Source: Rhodocyclaceae bacterium
GTDB taxonomy: Bacteria; Pseudomonadota; Gammaproteobacteria; Burkholderiales; Rhodocyclaceae
Direction of reading: 5' to 3'
Assembly: GCA_041678045.1 (NCBI GenBank)
Contig: JBAYOV010000009.1
Coordinates: 3,579 to 67,578, forward strand
DNA length: 64,000 nucleotides
In this document: positions 20,528-30,404 of the stretch, piece after piece
Position numbering within the stretch: position 1 is the first letter of the stretch
Layout of the letters: every line of letters begins with the position of its first letter
Notes under the pieces: generated by a model
What the model was told of the DNA's origin: nothing
Seen by the model: only the letters and a program-made list of their open reading frames with translations
Databases searched by the model: none
Translations under genes and position numbers: made by a program

Positions 20528-20580
20528 ATCGCTCATGACCAGCATGCGTGCGTGCGGGCCATGAGCGATCATGTTTTTTT
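20528..20580 (+). terminator. Rho-independent terminator downstream of hpf
   Basis: ATCGCTCATG...CATGAGCGAT forms a 10-bp perfect stem (plus 2 further bp), followed by CATGTTTTTTT. Confidence 0.75.
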
Positions 20581-20703
20581 ATGCCTCAATCATCGAAAGG
20601 TATGTTTATAATCGCGCCTTTCGCTTGCGCCCTGCGCACCCATTGACGTTTTCGGGCCGGCATCACGCTGCGCACCACACTGCGTGATTCGGCCTCAAGC
20701 AGA

Positions 20704-21189
20704 ATGAGCCTGATAGCCAATCTTCTCTCATCGTCCAACGTCATCGTCGATCTCGAGGCCAGCAGCAAGAAGCGCGTCTTCGAGCAGGCGGGACTGTTGT
20801 TCGAGAACAATCAGGGCATCGGTCGCAGCGATGTCTTCGACAGCCTCTTTTCGCGCGAGCGCCTCGGTTCCACCGGACTGGGCCAGGGCGTGGCGATTCC
20901 GCACGGCCGCATCAAGGGTCTGAAGGAAGCCGCCGGCGCCTTCCTCCGGCTGAGCACGCCGGTGCAGTTCGACGCCCCCGACGGTCGCCCGGTGAGCATG
21001 CTGTTCGTGCTGCTGGTGCCCGAACAGGCCAACGAACAGCATCTGCAACTGCTCTCCGAGCTGGCGCAAATGTTCAGCGACGCCACCTTCCGTGAGCAAC
21101 TGGCCAGTGCGCCGGATGCCGGAGCGGTGCATGCGCTCTTCACCTCGTGGGGTTCCGATGCGGCGAACGAACGTCGCGCGGCTGTTTGA
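20704..21189 (+). CDS. ptsN: PTS-Ntr EIIA protein PtsN
   Basis: 161-aa EIIA(Fru/Ntr) fold with phosphorylatable His in GQGVAIPHGR. Confidence 0.94.
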   Translation: MSLIANLLSSSNVIVDLEASSKKRVFEQAGLLFENNQGIGRSDVFDSLFSRERLGSTGLGQGVAIPHGRIKGLKEAAGAFLRLSTPVQFDAPDGRPVSMLFVLLVPEQANEQHLQLLSELAQMFSDATFREQLASAPDAGAVHALFTSWGSDAANERRAAV

Positions 21190-22102
21190 CACCTACCGCG
21201 AGTGGCTGCAGCTCACGCACCTGTGCGGCAGGCTGGATCGTGACATCACGGTCACCGAGGAACGCATCTGGCCTGCCGACCTGGTCGGTCACCTGAACCT
21301 GATTCACCCCGAGCGACTCCAGATCGTCGGCGCAGCCGAGTTGGCCTGGGCCCGTCGCCAGTCCCGCGACAAGATTCTTCACCACCTCAACGGGATATTT
21401 TCCGCCCATCCTCCTGCGGTGATCCTTGCCGATGGCTGCGAAGTGCCGGGCATGGTGCGCGCGCTGTGCGAAGAGCGGCAAATCGCCCTGTTCACCACCC
21501 CGCTGGCCAGCGCCAGCGTGATCGACCAACTGCGCTTGTACCTCTCCCGCCAGCTGGCCGAAAAGATCTCCCTGCACGGCGTGTTCATGGATGTGCTCGG
21601 CATCGGTGTGTTCATCACCGGCGACTCCGGTGCAGGCAAGTCCGAGCTGGCGCTCGAACTCATCTCCCGCGGGCATGGCCTGGTGGCCGACGACGTGGTC
21701 GAGTTCTCGCGCATCGCCCCCTCGGTGCTGGAAGGCCGCTGCCCCGAGTTGCTGCAGAACTTCATCGAGGTACGCGGCCTGGGCCTGCTCGACATCCGTA
21801 CCATCTTTGGCGAAACCGCCTGCCGGCGCAAAATGCGCCTGCGCCTGATCGTGTATCTGCAACGCCGCACGCCCGGGCAGGACGACCCGCCCAGACTCCC
21901 GATACAGCAGGAAACCGAAGACATTCTCGGCGTGCGCGTACCGCGCAGCGTGCTGCCCGTGGCCGCAGGCCGCAACCTCGCAGTGCTGCTCGAAGCGGCC
22001 GTGCGCTCAACCATCCTGCAACTGCGCGGCATCGACTCCACCCAGACCTTCATCGAACGCCAGCAGGCAATGATCGAACGCGACGCCGACCGGCACCCCT
22101 GA
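21158..22102 (+). CDS. hprK: HPr kinase/phosphorylase
   Basis: Walker A GDSGAGKSELALELI and IEVRGLGLLDIRTIFG signature. Start chosen at MRRTNVARLFD; overlaps the ptsN end. Confidence 0.92.
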   Translation: MRRTNVARLFDTYREWLQLTHLCGRLDRDITVTEERIWPADLVGHLNLIHPERLQIVGAAELAWARRQSRDKILHHLNGIFSAHPPAVILADGCEVPGMVRALCEERQIALFTTPLASASVIDQLRLYLSRQLAEKISLHGVFMDVLGIGVFITGDSGAGKSELALELISRGHGLVADDVVEFSRIAPSVLEGRCPELLQNFIEVRGLGLLDIRTIFGETACRRKMRLRLIVYLQRRTPGQDDPPRLPIQQETEDILGVRVPRSVLPVAAGRNLAVLLEAAVRSTILQLRGIDSTQTFIERQQAMIERDADRHP

Positions 22103-22216
22103 GCAACGGCGACCACCGCCCTTGCGGGCGGGCGCGTCCGGCTGCTACCGTGCACCTTTTGCCCGCAGTGCAGCATGCACATCCCTGCCGGGTTCCTCCT
22201 TTCGCAAGGCACCGCA

Positions 22217-23743
22217 ATGAGCGCAGCACACCCCGACTATCTTGAACGCATCCTCAACGCCCGTGTGTACGAGGCCGCAGAGGAAACCCCGCTGGAACTG
22301 GCCAGCAGCCTTTCGGAGCGCATGCACAACCGCATCCTGCTCAAGCGCGAGGACATGCAGCCGGTGTTCAGTTTCAAGATTCGCGGGGCCTACAACAAGA
22401 TGGCCAACCTCTCGCCACAGGCCCTCAAGCGTGGCGTGATCTGTGCCTCGGCCGGAAACCATGCCCAGGGCGTGGCGCTGTCGGCGCAAAAACTGGGCGT
22501 ACGTGCGGTGATCGTGATGCCGGTGTCGACACCACAGATCAAGGTGGATGCAGTACGCTCGCGCGGCGCCGAAGTGGTGCTCGCCGGCGACTCGTTCTCC
22601 GATGCCTATGCCCACGCGCTGGAACTGGAAAAAAGCGAGAAGCTCACCTTCGTCCACCCCTTCGACGATCCGGACGTGATCGCCGGCCAGGGCACCATCG
22701 GCATGGAAATCCTGCGCGTGGGCAGCAAGCCGATTCACGCCATCTTCTGCTGTGTCGGCGGCGGTGGCCTGATCGCCGGCGTGGCCGCCTACGTCAAGCG
22801 GCTGCGCCCGGAAATCAAGGTGATCGGCGTCGAGGCCGCCGATGCCGACGCGATGACCCAATCGCTGAAGCTCGGCGAACGGGTGAATCTCGAGCAGGTT
22901 GGCCTGTTTGCCGATGGTGCGGCGGTCAAGCAGGTGGGCAGCGAAACCTTCCGCCTGTGCCAGCAGTATGTGGACGAGATGATCGTGGTCGACAACGACG
23001 CGATCTGTGCCGCAATCAAGGACGTGTTCGAAGACACCCGTTCGATTCTCGAACCCGCCGGCGCCCTGGCAGTGGCGGGGGCGAAGGAATACATCAAACA
23101 GCACCGCTGGCGTGACAAGACGGTGGTGGCGGTGGCCTCGGGCGCGAACATGAACTTCGACCGCCTGCGTTTCGTGGCCGAGCGCGCCGAGCTCGGTGAA
23201 CAGCGTGAAGCGGTGATCGCGGTCACCATCCCGGAGCGGCCCGGCTCCTTCAAGAAGTTCTGCACCCTGCTCGGCAACCGCAGCATCACCGAATTCAGCT
23301 ACCGCTACGCCGATCCGGACAACGCGCACGTCTTCGTCGGGGTCACGGTGCACAACCGGGGCGAGGCCGGCCGCATCGTCGAAATGCTCGAACGCCATGC
23401 ACTGCCGGCCATCGACCTCACCGACGACGAAATGGCCAAGACCCACATCCGCTACATGGTGGGTGGCCGGGCACCGCATGTGGAGAACGAGCGGCTGTAC
23501 CGCTTCGTGTTCCCCGAGCGTCCCGGCGCCCTCATGAATTTCCTCGCCAACCTGCGCTCGGACTGGAACATCAGCCTGTTCCACTACCGCAACCACGGCT
23601 CGGACTTCGGTCGCGTGCTGGTCGGCATGCAGGTGCCCGCCGAAGACTCGGCCGCTTTCCAGGACTTTCTCGACCGCATTGGCTATGCCTGCCAAGAGGA
23701 AACCGACAACCCGGCCTACCGCCTGTTCCTGGGGCACAGCTGA
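22217..23743 (+). CDS. ilvA: Biosynthetic threonine ammonia-lyase IlvA
   Basis: PLP motif QPVFSFKIRGAYNKM and two C-terminal ACT-like regulatory domains. Start at MSAAHPDYLERILNARVYE. Confidence 0.96.
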   Translation: MSAAHPDYLERILNARVYEAAEETPLELASSLSERMHNRILLKREDMQPVFSFKIRGAYNKMANLSPQALKRGVICASAGNHAQGVALSAQKLGVRAVIVMPVSTPQIKVDAVRSRGAEVVLAGDSFSDAYAHALELEKSEKLTFVHPFDDPDVIAGQGTIGMEILRVGSKPIHAIFCCVGGGGLIAGVAAYVKRLRPEIKVIGVEAADADAMTQSLKLGERVNLEQVGLFADGAAVKQVGSETFRLCQQYVDEMIVVDNDAICAAIKDVFEDTRSILEPAGALAVAGAKEYIKQHRWRDKTVVAVASGANMNFDRLRFVAERAELGEQREAVIAVTIPERPGSFKKFCTLLGNRSITEFSYRYADPDNAHVFVGVTVHNRGEAGRIVEMLERHALPAIDLTDDEMAKTHIRYMVGGRAPHVENERLYRFVFPERPGALMNFLANLRSDWNISLFHYRNHGSDFGRVLVGMQVPAEDSAAFQDFLDRIGYACQEETDNPAYRLFLGHS

Positions 23744-23752
23744 CAGCCGGCC

Positions 23753-24346
23753 TCAGGGTCGTTCAGCAGGCCAGGCCCCGGCTTCAGTAACGATCCACTG
23801 CATCGGCCGGTCGTGGGCCTGTGGCCACACGCTGTCCACCCGGCCCAGTTCGAAGCCCACGCCAATCGCCACATAATCGTGTGCGGCCAGCGTGCGGTCG
23901 AAATAACCGCCACCGTAACCCAGCCGGTAGCCTCGCGCATCGAAGGCATTCAGCGGCACCAGCAGCACATCCGGTTGCACCGCTGACGTCCCCTCCGGCA
24001 CCTCGATGCCATACACGCCGGAACGCATCGGTGTTTCCGGCGTCCATTCGCGGAAGTGCAGCGCTTGCCCCCGACCGGCAACCTCCGGCAGGGCCGCACG
24101 GTGTGCGGGATTGTGTCGCAACCAGCGGCTCACCAGCGGCCGCAGATCGGGTTCGGCCCGGTGAGGCCAGCAAAAACCCAGGCATGCTGGCGACAGGCGC
24201 AGCAACAGTGGCCACAAATGCACCTCCAGTGCGCTCAGCGCCCGGGCATACTGTGCGTCATCGAGCGCCTCGCGCGCAGCCAGCACACGCTGGCGCAAAA
24301 CGGCACGCTCCGGATTACTTGCGTGCTCCATCGTTCGGGATGTCAT
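23753..24346 (-). CDS. 5-formyltetrahydrofolate cyclo-ligase
   Basis: The C-terminal 197 aa of the 404-aa ORF carry LLVPLNAFDARGYRLGYGGGYFDRTL. The upstream extension overlaps slt and is rejected. Alternative ATG at 24331. Confidence 0.85.
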   Translation of the reverse strand: MTSRTMEHASNPERAVLRQRVLAAREALDDAQYARALSALEVHLWPLLLRLSPACLGFCWPHRAEPDLRPLVSRWLRHNPAHRAALPEVAGRGQALHFREWTPETPMRSGVYGIEVPEGTSAVQPDVLLVPLNAFDARGYRLGYGGGYFDRTLAAHDYVAIGVGFELGRVDSVWPQAHDRPMQWIVTEAGAWPAERP

Positions 24347-24383
24347 CTCAGGTTCAACCGCCTCAGGATTCGGGGGAAAGGCA

Positions 24384-26312
24384 ATGAAGTACAGGGCACT
24401 GCCCACACTGGCAATGGTAATCGCGATTGCGCTGCACTGGGCGGCCGGCAGTGCTTTCGCGCAGAGCGGCGATGCCCGCATCCTGGCCGCGCGCGAGGCG
24501 CTGCGCACCGGCGACCGCAACACCCTGGAGCGTCTCGCCGCCCAGCGTGAGCCGCATGTGCTGGACGAATACGTGCAGTACTGGCTGCTGCTCAACCGCA
24601 TCGCCCGCCCCGACCCTGCCCCGGTAAGCGATCTCGCCGCCTTCTTTGCCCGCAACCCTGACTCGGTGATGAGCGAACGCCTGCGTGCAGCCTGGCTCAA
24701 GCGCCTGGCCAACGAATCCCGCTGGCAGGACTTCATCCGCGAATACGCCGGCCTGAACCGGCCCGACAGCGAACAGCAGTGCCTCTGGTGGCAGGCTCGC
24801 AACGCCACCGGAGACCGCACCGTGCCCGGCGAAATTGCCGCCCAGTGGGCCGAGGAGGTCGACAACCACGAGGCCTGCGCTCCGCTGTTCGCATCGCTGG
24901 CGCGCAACGGCAGCCTTCCGGTCGACGACGTGTGGTGGCGCCTGCGCCGCCAGGTGGACAGCCGCAACCCGGATGCCGCCTACACCACCGCCAGCTGGCT
25001 GCCCGCCGGGCACGCCCCGGAGCGTGCAGCGCTGCGTCAGGCGATGACCGCCCCGCAGGCTTACCTTGACCGCCTGCCCGCCAACTTTGCCACCCAGCGC
25101 CCCCAGCGGGAACTCGCCCTCGCCGCGCTCACCCGGCTCGCCAGGCAGGATGTGCCCGCCGCCCATGCGCGACTGGCGCGCATCAGCGACCGCCTCAACC
25201 ACGAAGAACGGGCCTACGCCCACGCCCTGCTCGGCTTTCATGGTGCCCTGTCACGCTTGCCGCTGGCCAGCGACTGGTATCAGGCCGCCGGTGACGTGGC
25301 GATGACCCCGGCACAGCGCGCCTGGAGAGTTCGTGCCGCCCTGCGCAACGAGGACTGGCCACGCGTGGCCGCAGGCATCGCCGCCCTGCCTGCCAGCGAA
25401 AGGAACGAGGCAGAGTGGCATTACTGGCTGGCCCGCAGCCACGCTGCCCAGGGCCGGCAGGCCGAAGCCGAGACGCTGTACCGTGCCATCGCCGGCCAGC
25501 CGCACTTCTACGGCATTCTCGCCGCAGAGGAGTTGGGTGGCGCTTTCCTGCCGCCTCCCGAAGACGAGCAGCCCAGCGCCACCGACCGGCAGCGCGCCCT
25601 CGCCGACCCGGCGATTGCGCGCTCACTGGCCCTGTACCGGCTCGACCTGCGCACCGAAGCCGTGCGCGAATGGCTGTGGGGGGTACGCGGCAAAGACCGC
25701 GCCCTGCTGGTGGCTGCGGCCCATCTGGCCCTGGAGCAGGGGCTTTATGACCGGGCCATCAACACCGCAGAACTGGCCGATGCCCAGGCCAACTTCGGCA
25801 TCCGTTTCCTGATGCCCTTCCGCGACGTGATCGAACCGCATGTCCGCCAGCAGGGCCTGGACATTGCGTGGGTGTATGGTCTGATGCGCCAGGAAAGCCG
25901 CTTCGTGGTGCCTGCCCGCTCGCACGCCGGCGCCCAGGGCCTGATGCAGGTGATGCCGGCCACCGGCAAGTGGGTCGCCAAGCAAATCGGCCTGCCCGGC
26001 TATCGCCAGTCCATGCTCAACGATCCGGACACCAACGTGCTGCTGGGTACCAGCTACATGCGCATCATCCTCCAGGACCTGGACAACCACCCCGTCCTGG
26101 CCTCTGCCGGCTACAATGCCGGACCGGGCCGGGCACGCCGCTGGCGCGACGCCCGCCCGCTGGAAGGTGCGATCTACGCCGAGACCATCCCGATCGACGA
26201 GACCCGCGACTATGTCAAGAAGGTACTCGCCAATGCGGTGATCTATGCCACGCTGCTCGACGGAAAGCCGCACTCCCTGAAGGCCAGGCTGGGCGTGGTC
26301 GCCCCCATGTGA
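24384..26312 (+). CDS. slt: Soluble lytic murein transglycosylase (Slt70 type)
   Basis: Signal peptide, a long superhelical U-domain, and a catalytic SLT domain (MRQESRF, GLMQVMPATG, AGYNAGPG). Confidence 0.94.
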   Translation: MKYRALPTLAMVIAIALHWAAGSAFAQSGDARILAAREALRTGDRNTLERLAAQREPHVLDEYVQYWLLLNRIARPDPAPVSDLAAFFARNPDSVMSERLRAAWLKRLANESRWQDFIREYAGLNRPDSEQQCLWWQARNATGDRTVPGEIAAQWAEEVDNHEACAPLFASLARNGSLPVDDVWWRLRRQVDSRNPDAAYTTASWLPAGHAPERAALRQAMTAPQAYLDRLPANFATQRPQRELALAALTRLARQDVPAAHARLARISDRLNHEERAYAHALLGFHGALSRLPLASDWYQAAGDVAMTPAQRAWRVRAALRNEDWPRVAAGIAALPASERNEAEWHYWLARSHAAQGRQAEAETLYRAIAGQPHFYGILAAEELGGAFLPPPEDEQPSATDRQRALADPAIARSLALYRLDLRTEAVREWLWGVRGKDRALLVAAAHLALEQGLYDRAINTAELADAQANFGIRFLMPFRDVIEPHVRQQGLDIAWVYGLMRQESRFVVPARSHAGAQGLMQVMPATGKWVAKQIGLPGYRQSMLNDPDTNVLLGTSYMRIILQDLDNHPVLASAGYNAGPGRARRWRDARPLEGAIYAETIPIDETRDYVKKVLANAVIYATLLDGKPHSLKARLGVVAPM

Positions 26313-26351
26313 GCGCGCCCCCAGCCATTTTTCTGACACTGGACAGGATTC

Positions 26352-27317
26352 ATGAAACTTCAACGCGTCGTCATCCTTGGAGGCTCAGGCTTTGTGGGCC
26401 GCAGCATTGCAAACCGGCTGTCGCGCGCCGGCATCGACCTTCTCGTTCCCACCCGCCGCCGTGCCCGGGCCGCGCAGGTTCTGCTGCTGCCCACCGTGGA
26501 AGCCGTCGAGGCCGACATCCATGACCCGGCCACCCTGCGCGGGCTGCTCAAGGGCGCCGACGCCGTCATCAACCTGATCGGTGTGCTGCACTCACGCAGC
26601 GGCGCCCCCTACGGACCCGATTTCGCACGTGCGCATGTCGAGTTGCCCCGGCAGCTTGTGGCGGCCTGTCGCGAAGCTGGCGTACGGCGCCTGATCCATG
26701 TCAGCGCACTGGGCGCAGACGCAAACGGCCCCTCCGAGTATCAGCGCTCGAAGGCCGCCGGAGAGACCGAAATCCGGGCAGCGGGCGAAGCACTGGACTG
26801 GACCATCCTGCGTCCCTCGGTCGTCTTCGGACGCGAAGACAACTTCCTCAACCTGTTTGCCGGCCTCACCCGCCTCTTCCCGGTGCTGCCGCTGGCCGGC
26901 GCCGGCACGCGCTTCCAGCCGGTATATGTGGAAGATGTCGCAGAAGTGGTGTGGCGCAGCCTGAACGACACTGCCGCCATCGGCCAAACCTGGGAACTGG
27001 CCGGTCCGCAGGTCTATACGCTGCGCGAACTGGTGAGTTATGTCAGCGAACTGACGGGCAAGCGCCGGCCCATCCTGCCCTTGTCCGACGGTCTGGCCAT
27101 GCTGCAGGCCCGCCTCATGGAGTTGGCGCCCAAGCCCCTGATGAGCCGTGACAATGTACGCTCGATGCAGGCCGACAACGTGGCCAGCGGCACGCCGCTG
27201 CCCTTCGGCCTCGCCCCCACCCCACTGGAAGCGGTGGCACCGGGCTACATCGGCCTGTCCAACTGCCGTGGCCGCTACTACCCGATGCGCACCCGCGCAC
27301 GGCGGGGCCAGCCCTGA
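26352..27317 (+). CDS. NAD(P)H-binding SDR, complex I NDUFA9-like family
   Basis: [18 protein letters not shown] Rossmann motif and YQRSKAAGE (YxxxK); atypical-SDR/NDUFA9-type layout. Confidence 0.85.
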   Translation: MKLQRVVILGGSGFVGRSIANRLSRAGIDLLVPTRRRARAAQVLLLPTVEAVEADIHDPATLRGLLKGADAVINLIGVLHSRSGAPYGPDFARAHVELPRQLVAACREAGVRRLIHVSALGADANGPSEYQRSKAAGETEIRAAGEALDWTILRPSVVFGREDNFLNLFAGLTRLFPVLPLAGAGTRFQPVYVEDVAEVVWRSLNDTAAIGQTWELAGPQVYTLRELVSYVSELTGKRRPILPLSDGLAMLQARLMELAPKPLMSRDNVRSMQADNVASGTPLPFGLAPTPLEAVAPGYIGLSNCRGRYYPMRTRARRGQP

Positions 27318-28558
27318 TGCAGGTGTATGTCGTCGGCGGAGCGGTGCGCGATGCACTGCTCGGCCTGCCGGTGCAGGATCACGACTGGGTGGTCGTCGGC
27401 GCCACCCCGGAAGACATGCTGCGCCAGGGCTACCGCCAGGTGGGCAAGGATTTTCCGGTGTTCCTGCATCCCGACACCGGCGAGGAATACGCGCTGGCGC
27501 GCACCGAACGCAAGACCGGGCGGGGCTACAAGGGCTTCACGGTCGACAGCTCACCCGATGTCACGCTGGAAGAAGACCTGCTGCGCCGCGACCTGACCAT
27601 CAACGCGATGGCGCGCGACGCCCGGGGACGGCTGATCGACCCCCACGGCGGGCTGGACGACCTGCAACGCCGCCGCTTCCGCCACGTCAGCCCGGCCTTT
27701 GCGGAAGACCCCTTGCGCATCCTGCGGGTGGCGCGCTTTGCCGCGCGCTATGCCGACTTTCATGTTGCCCACGAAACCCTGGCCCTGATGCAGCAGATGG
27801 TGGCCTGCGGCGAAGTCGACCATCTGGTGCCCGAGCGCGTCTGGCAGGAGTTTGCCCGTGGCCTGATGGAGGACGCCCCACAACGCATGATCGAGGTGCT
27901 GCGCGAGTGTGGCGCCCTCGCCCGCCTCCTGCCCGAGCTGGACGCCCTGTTCGGCGTGCCGCAACCGGTCGCACACCACCCGGAGATCGACACCGGTGTG
28001 CATGTGCTGGCCGTTCTCGCGCAGGCCGCCCGCACCCGCCAGCCGCTGGCCGTGCGCTGGGCCTGCCTGCTGCACGATCTGGGCAAGGCCGACACCCCTG
28101 CCAGCCTGCTGCCACACCACTACGGCCACGAAAAACCCAGCGCCGAACACGCCCGGGCGATTTCCGAACGGCTCAAGGCGCCCAACGACTGTCGTGACCT
28201 GGCCGTGCTGGTCGCGCGCGAGCACGGCATCATCCATCAGGCCGGCGCGCTGAAACCCGGCACCGTGGTGAAGCTGCTGGAGCGTTGCGACGCCTTCCGC
28301 CGCCCGGAACGCTTCGGCCTGATGCTCGACGCTGCAGAATGCGATGCCCTCGGCCGCCCGGGCCGCAAGGCCGCCATTCCGCCTGCATCGCCCTATCCCC
28401 CTGCCGACATCCTGCGGCGAGCACTGCAGGTGAGCAGCGCGGTGGACACCGGCGCCATTGCCCACGCCTGCGCGGACAAGCGCGCCATCCCCTCACGCAT
28501 CCATGAAGCACGGGTTGCCGCGATCAAGCTGCATATTGCAGAAATACAACACAATTGA
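27317..28558 (+). CDS. cca: Multifunctional CCA-adding enzyme (tRNA nucleotidyltransferase with HD domain)
   Basis: [39 protein letters not shown], and the HD region CLLHDLGK. Confidence 0.96.
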   Translation: MQVYVVGGAVRDALLGLPVQDHDWVVVGATPEDMLRQGYRQVGKDFPVFLHPDTGEEYALARTERKTGRGYKGFTVDSSPDVTLEEDLLRRDLTINAMARDARGRLIDPHGGLDDLQRRRFRHVSPAFAEDPLRILRVARFAARYADFHVAHETLALMQQMVACGEVDHLVPERVWQEFARGLMEDAPQRMIEVLRECGALARLLPELDALFGVPQPVAHHPEIDTGVHVLAVLAQAARTRQPLAVRWACLLHDLGKADTPASLLPHHYGHEKPSAEHARAISERLKAPNDCRDLAVLVAREHGIIHQAGALKPGTVVKLLERCDAFRRPERFGLMLDAAECDALGRPGRKAAIPPASPYPPADILRRALQVSSAVDTGAIAHACADKRAIPSRIHEARVAAIKLHIAEIQHN

Positions 28559-28590
28559 AAAAAACATGACTGTTCAGTGAGTCACGCGGC

Positions 28591-28788
28591 TCAAAGCACG
28601 CGCAAAATGAGCCCTGCAAGCAATGACAACAGCACAGTGCTGGTAAACGGCAGGTGACATTCCCGGCCACGCACCCGGAAGTGCATGTCTCCGGGCAGAC
28701 GACCCAGGCGCAGCCGGCGGCTCAGTTCACTGCGGAACAGGCCGGTCACCAGCACCAGCAACATGACAACCACCACCCATTTCAACAT
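28591..28788 (-). CDS. DUF2905-family small membrane protein
   Basis: 65 aa: MLKWVVVVMLLVLVTGLF...LPGDMHFRVRGRECHLPFTSTVLLSLLAGLILRVL. The longer ORF track start is rejected. Confidence 0.7.
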   Translation of the reverse strand: MLKWVVVVMLLVLVTGLFRSELSRRLRLGRLPGDMHFRVRGRECHLPFTSTVLLSLLAGLILRVL

Positions 28789-28907
28789 GCCCTGCTCCGC
28801 CGCAAAAAAGGCATTAGACCCCGCGCCCGAGGCATGTGCAAACACCCGTCCCCGCTGTCCGGGCCTCCAGCCCCCGGCGCTCACTTCCTCTGCCACACAC
28901 AACGCTC

Positions 28908-29528
28908 ATGATCACGCTGTACACCTGGCGCACACCGAATGGCTGCAAAGTCTCGATCGTTCTCGAAGAGCTGGGCCTGCCCTATCAGGTCAGGCCCATT
29001 GACATTACCCGAAACGAGCAATCCAGCCGGGATTTTCGGGAACTCAATCCGAACGGCACGATCCCGGTGATTGTCGACGACCAGGGGCCGGACGGAAAGC
29101 CCGTAACAGTGATCGAATCGAGTGCCATCCTGCTGTATCTGGCCGGCAAGGGCGGACGCCTGTTGCCAGCGCGCCTGCGCGAGCGCATGGAAGCCCTGCA
29201 ATGGCTGATGTTCCAGACCGGCAATGTCGGCCCCACCCTGGCTCAGGCGCATCACTTCCTGCGCATCGCCCCCGATCTGATCCCTTACGCGATGGAACGT
29301 TACTCAAAGGAAACCAGCCGGCTGTATGGTGTACTCGACAAGCGCCTGACCGGCCACGAATGGCTGGCGGGCAGCGAGTACTCCGTGGCCGACATTGCCA
29401 CCTACCCCTGGATTGCCCATCACAACTGGCAAGGCCAGGATCCCAGAAAATATCCCGCGCTCAGGCGCTGGTTCGAGCGCATCGGCGCCCGTCCGGCAGT
29501 ACAGCGCGGCATGGAGATCCCTGCATGA
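28908..29528 (+). CDS. Glutathione S-transferase (Nu-class, YfcG-like)
   Basis: MITLYTWRTPNGCKVSIVLEELGLPYQVRPIDITRNEQ...NPNGTIPVIVD; C-terminal GST helical domain. Confidence 0.88.
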   Translation: MITLYTWRTPNGCKVSIVLEELGLPYQVRPIDITRNEQSSRDFRELNPNGTIPVIVDDQGPDGKPVTVIESSAILLYLAGKGGRLLPARLRERMEALQWLMFQTGNVGPTLAQAHHFLRIAPDLIPYAMERYSKETSRLYGVLDKRLTGHEWLAGSEYSVADIATYPWIAHHNWQGQDPRKYPALRRWFERIGARPAVQRGMEIPA

Positions 29529-30346
29529 ATTCATCCCGCTTTGGCGAACTCGAAGTCATCGTACGCGCCCCGGAGGGGGCGCCCCGGGTTGACACCCCCC
29601 TGCTGTTCATCCACGGCGCCTACACCGCCGCATGGTGCTGGGACGAACACTTCCTGGCGTATTTTGCCCGCCGGGGCTTCACCTGCTACGCAGTCTCCCT
29701 GTCCGGCCACGGCCAGAGCCGCCGGCACAAACCCCTGGACAGCTTCTCGATCAACGACTACGTCAACGATGTGCGCGATGTGATCGAACAACTGCCCACC
29801 CCGCCCGTACTGATTGGCCACTCCATGGGGGGCATGGTGGTGCAGAAGTACCTCGAACAGGCCACCGCGCCGGGCGCCGTGCTGCTGTGCTCGGTGCCAC
29901 CGCAGGGGCTGCTCGGTTCCGCGCTCGGCCTGATGTTCAGCAAACCCGGTCTGCTCGCCGACCTGAACCGCATCATGGGCGGCGGCCAGCCCGACCTGGA
30001 TACGGTACGCGATGCGCTGTTCCACCAACCGATCGACATGCAGTTGCTGATCCGCTACGCCCACACCGCACAGCCCGAATCACACCGCGCGATCTGGGAC
30101 ATGACGCTGTTCAACCTGCCACACCCCAGCCACATGCACCGCCCGCCGATGCTGGTGCTGGGCGCCGAGCACGACCGCCTGATTCCACCCTCCCAGGTGC
30201 ACATGACCGCCACCACGTACGGCACCAACGCCGAGATCCTGCCCGGCCTGGGGCATGGCATCATGCTCGAACAAGGCTGGGACAAGGCCGCCACACGCAT
30301 CGCCGAATGGCTGGACACGCTGGATCTTCCCTCGTCCGAAAGCTGA
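29525..30346 (+). CDS. Alpha/beta-fold hydrolase
   Basis: LLFIHGAYTAAWCW, nucleophile elbow GHSMGG, and C-terminal GLGHGIM (His). ATG overlaps the GST stop (ATGA). Confidence 0.85.
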   Translation: MNSSRFGELEVIVRAPEGAPRVDTPLLFIHGAYTAAWCWDEHFLAYFARRGFTCYAVSLSGHGQSRRHKPLDSFSINDYVNDVRDVIEQLPTPPVLIGHSMGGMVVQKYLEQATAPGAVLLCSVPPQGLLGSALGLMFSKPGLLADLNRIMGGGQPDLDTVRDALFHQPIDMQLLIRYAHTAQPESHRAIWDMTLFNLPHPSHMHRPPMLVLGAEHDRLIPPSQVHMTATTYGTNAEILPGLGHGIMLEQGWDKAATRIAEWLDTLDLPSSES

Positions 30347-30404
30347 ATGCGGGAGCCAGCGCATTGACCCGGCCTGAACCGGGCGCCGTCACTGCGGCCA
30401 GCAG

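Noticed and set aside
24347-24383. 6S RNA (ssrS), which in enterobacteria sits immediately upstream of the 5-formyl-THF cyclo-ligase gene
   Set aside because: Only 37 nt separate the cyclo-ligase start from the divergent slt start, so there is no room for an RNA of about 180 nt.
23753-24967. Full 404-aa ORF as the cyclo-ligase gene
   Set aside because: The N-terminal 207 aa are Arg/Ser-rich nonsense overlapping the slt gene on the opposite strand. Homology-like sequence begins only at MTSRTMEHAS (24346).
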